NCBI GenBank assembly: GCA_038841535.1
Contig: JAWBTQ010000002.1
Coordinates: forward strand, 77,463 to 141,462
Reading direction: 5' to 3'
Length of the DNA stretch: 64,000 bases
From: Sulfolobales archaeon
GTDB lineage: Archaea; Thermoproteota; Thermoprotei_A; Sulfolobales; NBVN01
Part shown: positions 63,469-64,000 of the stretch, piece by piece
How the letters are laid out: every line of letters begins with the position of its first letter
Numbering within the stretch: the first letter of the stretch is position 1
Made by a program: the position numbers and the translations under genes
The notes under the pieces: generated by a model
What the model was told of the DNA's origin: nothing
Databases searched by the model: none
Seen by the model: only the letters and a program-made list of their open reading frames with translations

Positions 63469-64000
63469 TATCAGTAGAGTCACCCCTGAAAATCGCAGTT
63501 ATAGTCTTAGGTGTGCTATCTGCTGTAAGCTTTTTTGCTATTCCGGCCGCCTCGTTTCTAGCACTAGTTTTTGGGGTTCTAACGACTGCGATAACGTTGA
63601 GTGAGTCGAGAATTGCGGTACTGATGCCACTGCTTCAAACAGCTGTCTGTATAGCGAGCCTCTACTACCTTGGGGAGGCACTCATATACGAGTCTCCCAC
63701 TTCGCTCGTAACGGGAGTAGCACTATCTTTAGTCTCTATCCTCATGATGTATGTAGAAAGTAAGCTGCTAGTATTAAGGACTGGAATCGGGAAAACAGGG
63801 GTCGTAGTTGTTACGGCTGTCCTGGCTACTTTGCTCTATACCTACACCGTATCCATTCCTGCTGTTAGTAACTTCATGAAGGAGGGTCTCTATGGGATAA
63901 TTGAGTTAATAGCTTATAGCGGCCTTCTATATATTGGTGCGTCACTACCTTACTCCTCGACCATCCTATTCGGTCTCGTATATCTTATTTATGACTTACT
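63465..64000 (+). CDS. polytopic membrane protein, 3'-truncated by the window end
   Basis: The frame is open from 63453 to the window end and is not in the ORF track because no stop is reached. It encodes continuous hydrophobic helices (IAVIVLGVLSAVSFFAIPAASFLALVFGVL...). The start is uncertain (TTG 63465 or GTG 63513). Confidence 0.45.
   Translation, partial: MISVESPLKIAVIVLGVLSAVSFFAIPAASFLALVFGVLTTAITLSESRIAVLMPLLQTAVCIASLYYLGEALIYESPTSLVTGVALSLVSILMMYVESKLLVLRTGIGKTGVVVVTAVLATLLYTYTVSIPAVSNFMKEGLYGIIELIAYSGLLYIGASLPYSSTILFGLVYLIYDL

Noticed and set aside
1-64000. Looked in all intergenic gaps for tRNA, rRNA, CRISPR repeats, transposases, integrases and att-like flanking repeats.
   Set aside because: No cloverleaf-compatible sequence, no regularly spaced repeats and no recombinase-like ORF were seen by eye. 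This is a manual scan, not a tRNAscan/Infernal/CRISPR-finder result, so small RNAs (for example box C/D sRNAs) could have been missed.

Overview
Gene-dense (roughly 90% coding) chromosomal segment that reads as a hyperthermophilic archaeon, probably a crenarchaeote of the Desulfurococcales/Thermoproteales type. That placement is an inference from gene content: two tungsten AOR-family enzymes, Thi4, PdxST, KaiC-like and HerA/NurA-like proteins, a membrane-anchored binding protein with a Thr/Pro linker, A/T-rich TATA-like boxes 22-35 nt upstream of many starts, and frequent TTG/GTG starts. I recognised no rRNA, tRNA, CRISPR array, transposase or integrase.

Content in order:
- Cofactor genes (folP, thi4), a DUF438/hemerythrin/PAS sensor operon, a heterodimeric ABC exporter, a KaiC-like ATPase, and a ThiR-like regulator.
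- A minus-strand block hbd-crt-acd-etfB-etfA followed by AOR and a small beta-grasp protein ending in GG, with a convergent CoA-transferase.
- A second AOR divergent from a radical-SAM/SPASM maturase-like gene, next to a MoaD-like gene.
- A G+C-richer HerA-like/NurA-like pair standing alone.
- pdxS-pdxT followed by a threonine-synthase-fold protein that lacks the PLP lysine and carries a C-terminal winged helix.
- Redox and peptidase housekeeping genes.
- A ~16-kb amino-sugar polymer utilisation locus: GH42-like, SIS, ROK, GH84, GNAT, a Dpp/Opp-type ABC importer, and an 889-aa membrane-anchored GH18 + MurNAc-L-Ala-amidase + GHL10 protein.

Strongest candidates for something undescribed:
1. The pdxST-linked dead-enzyme/wHTH protein, a possible B6 sensor.
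2. The stand-alone HerA-like/NurA-like module.
3. The peptidoglycan- or N-glycan-scavenging locus in an organism that should not make murein.

All functional calls rest on by-eye motif recognition. No database search or computation was run.
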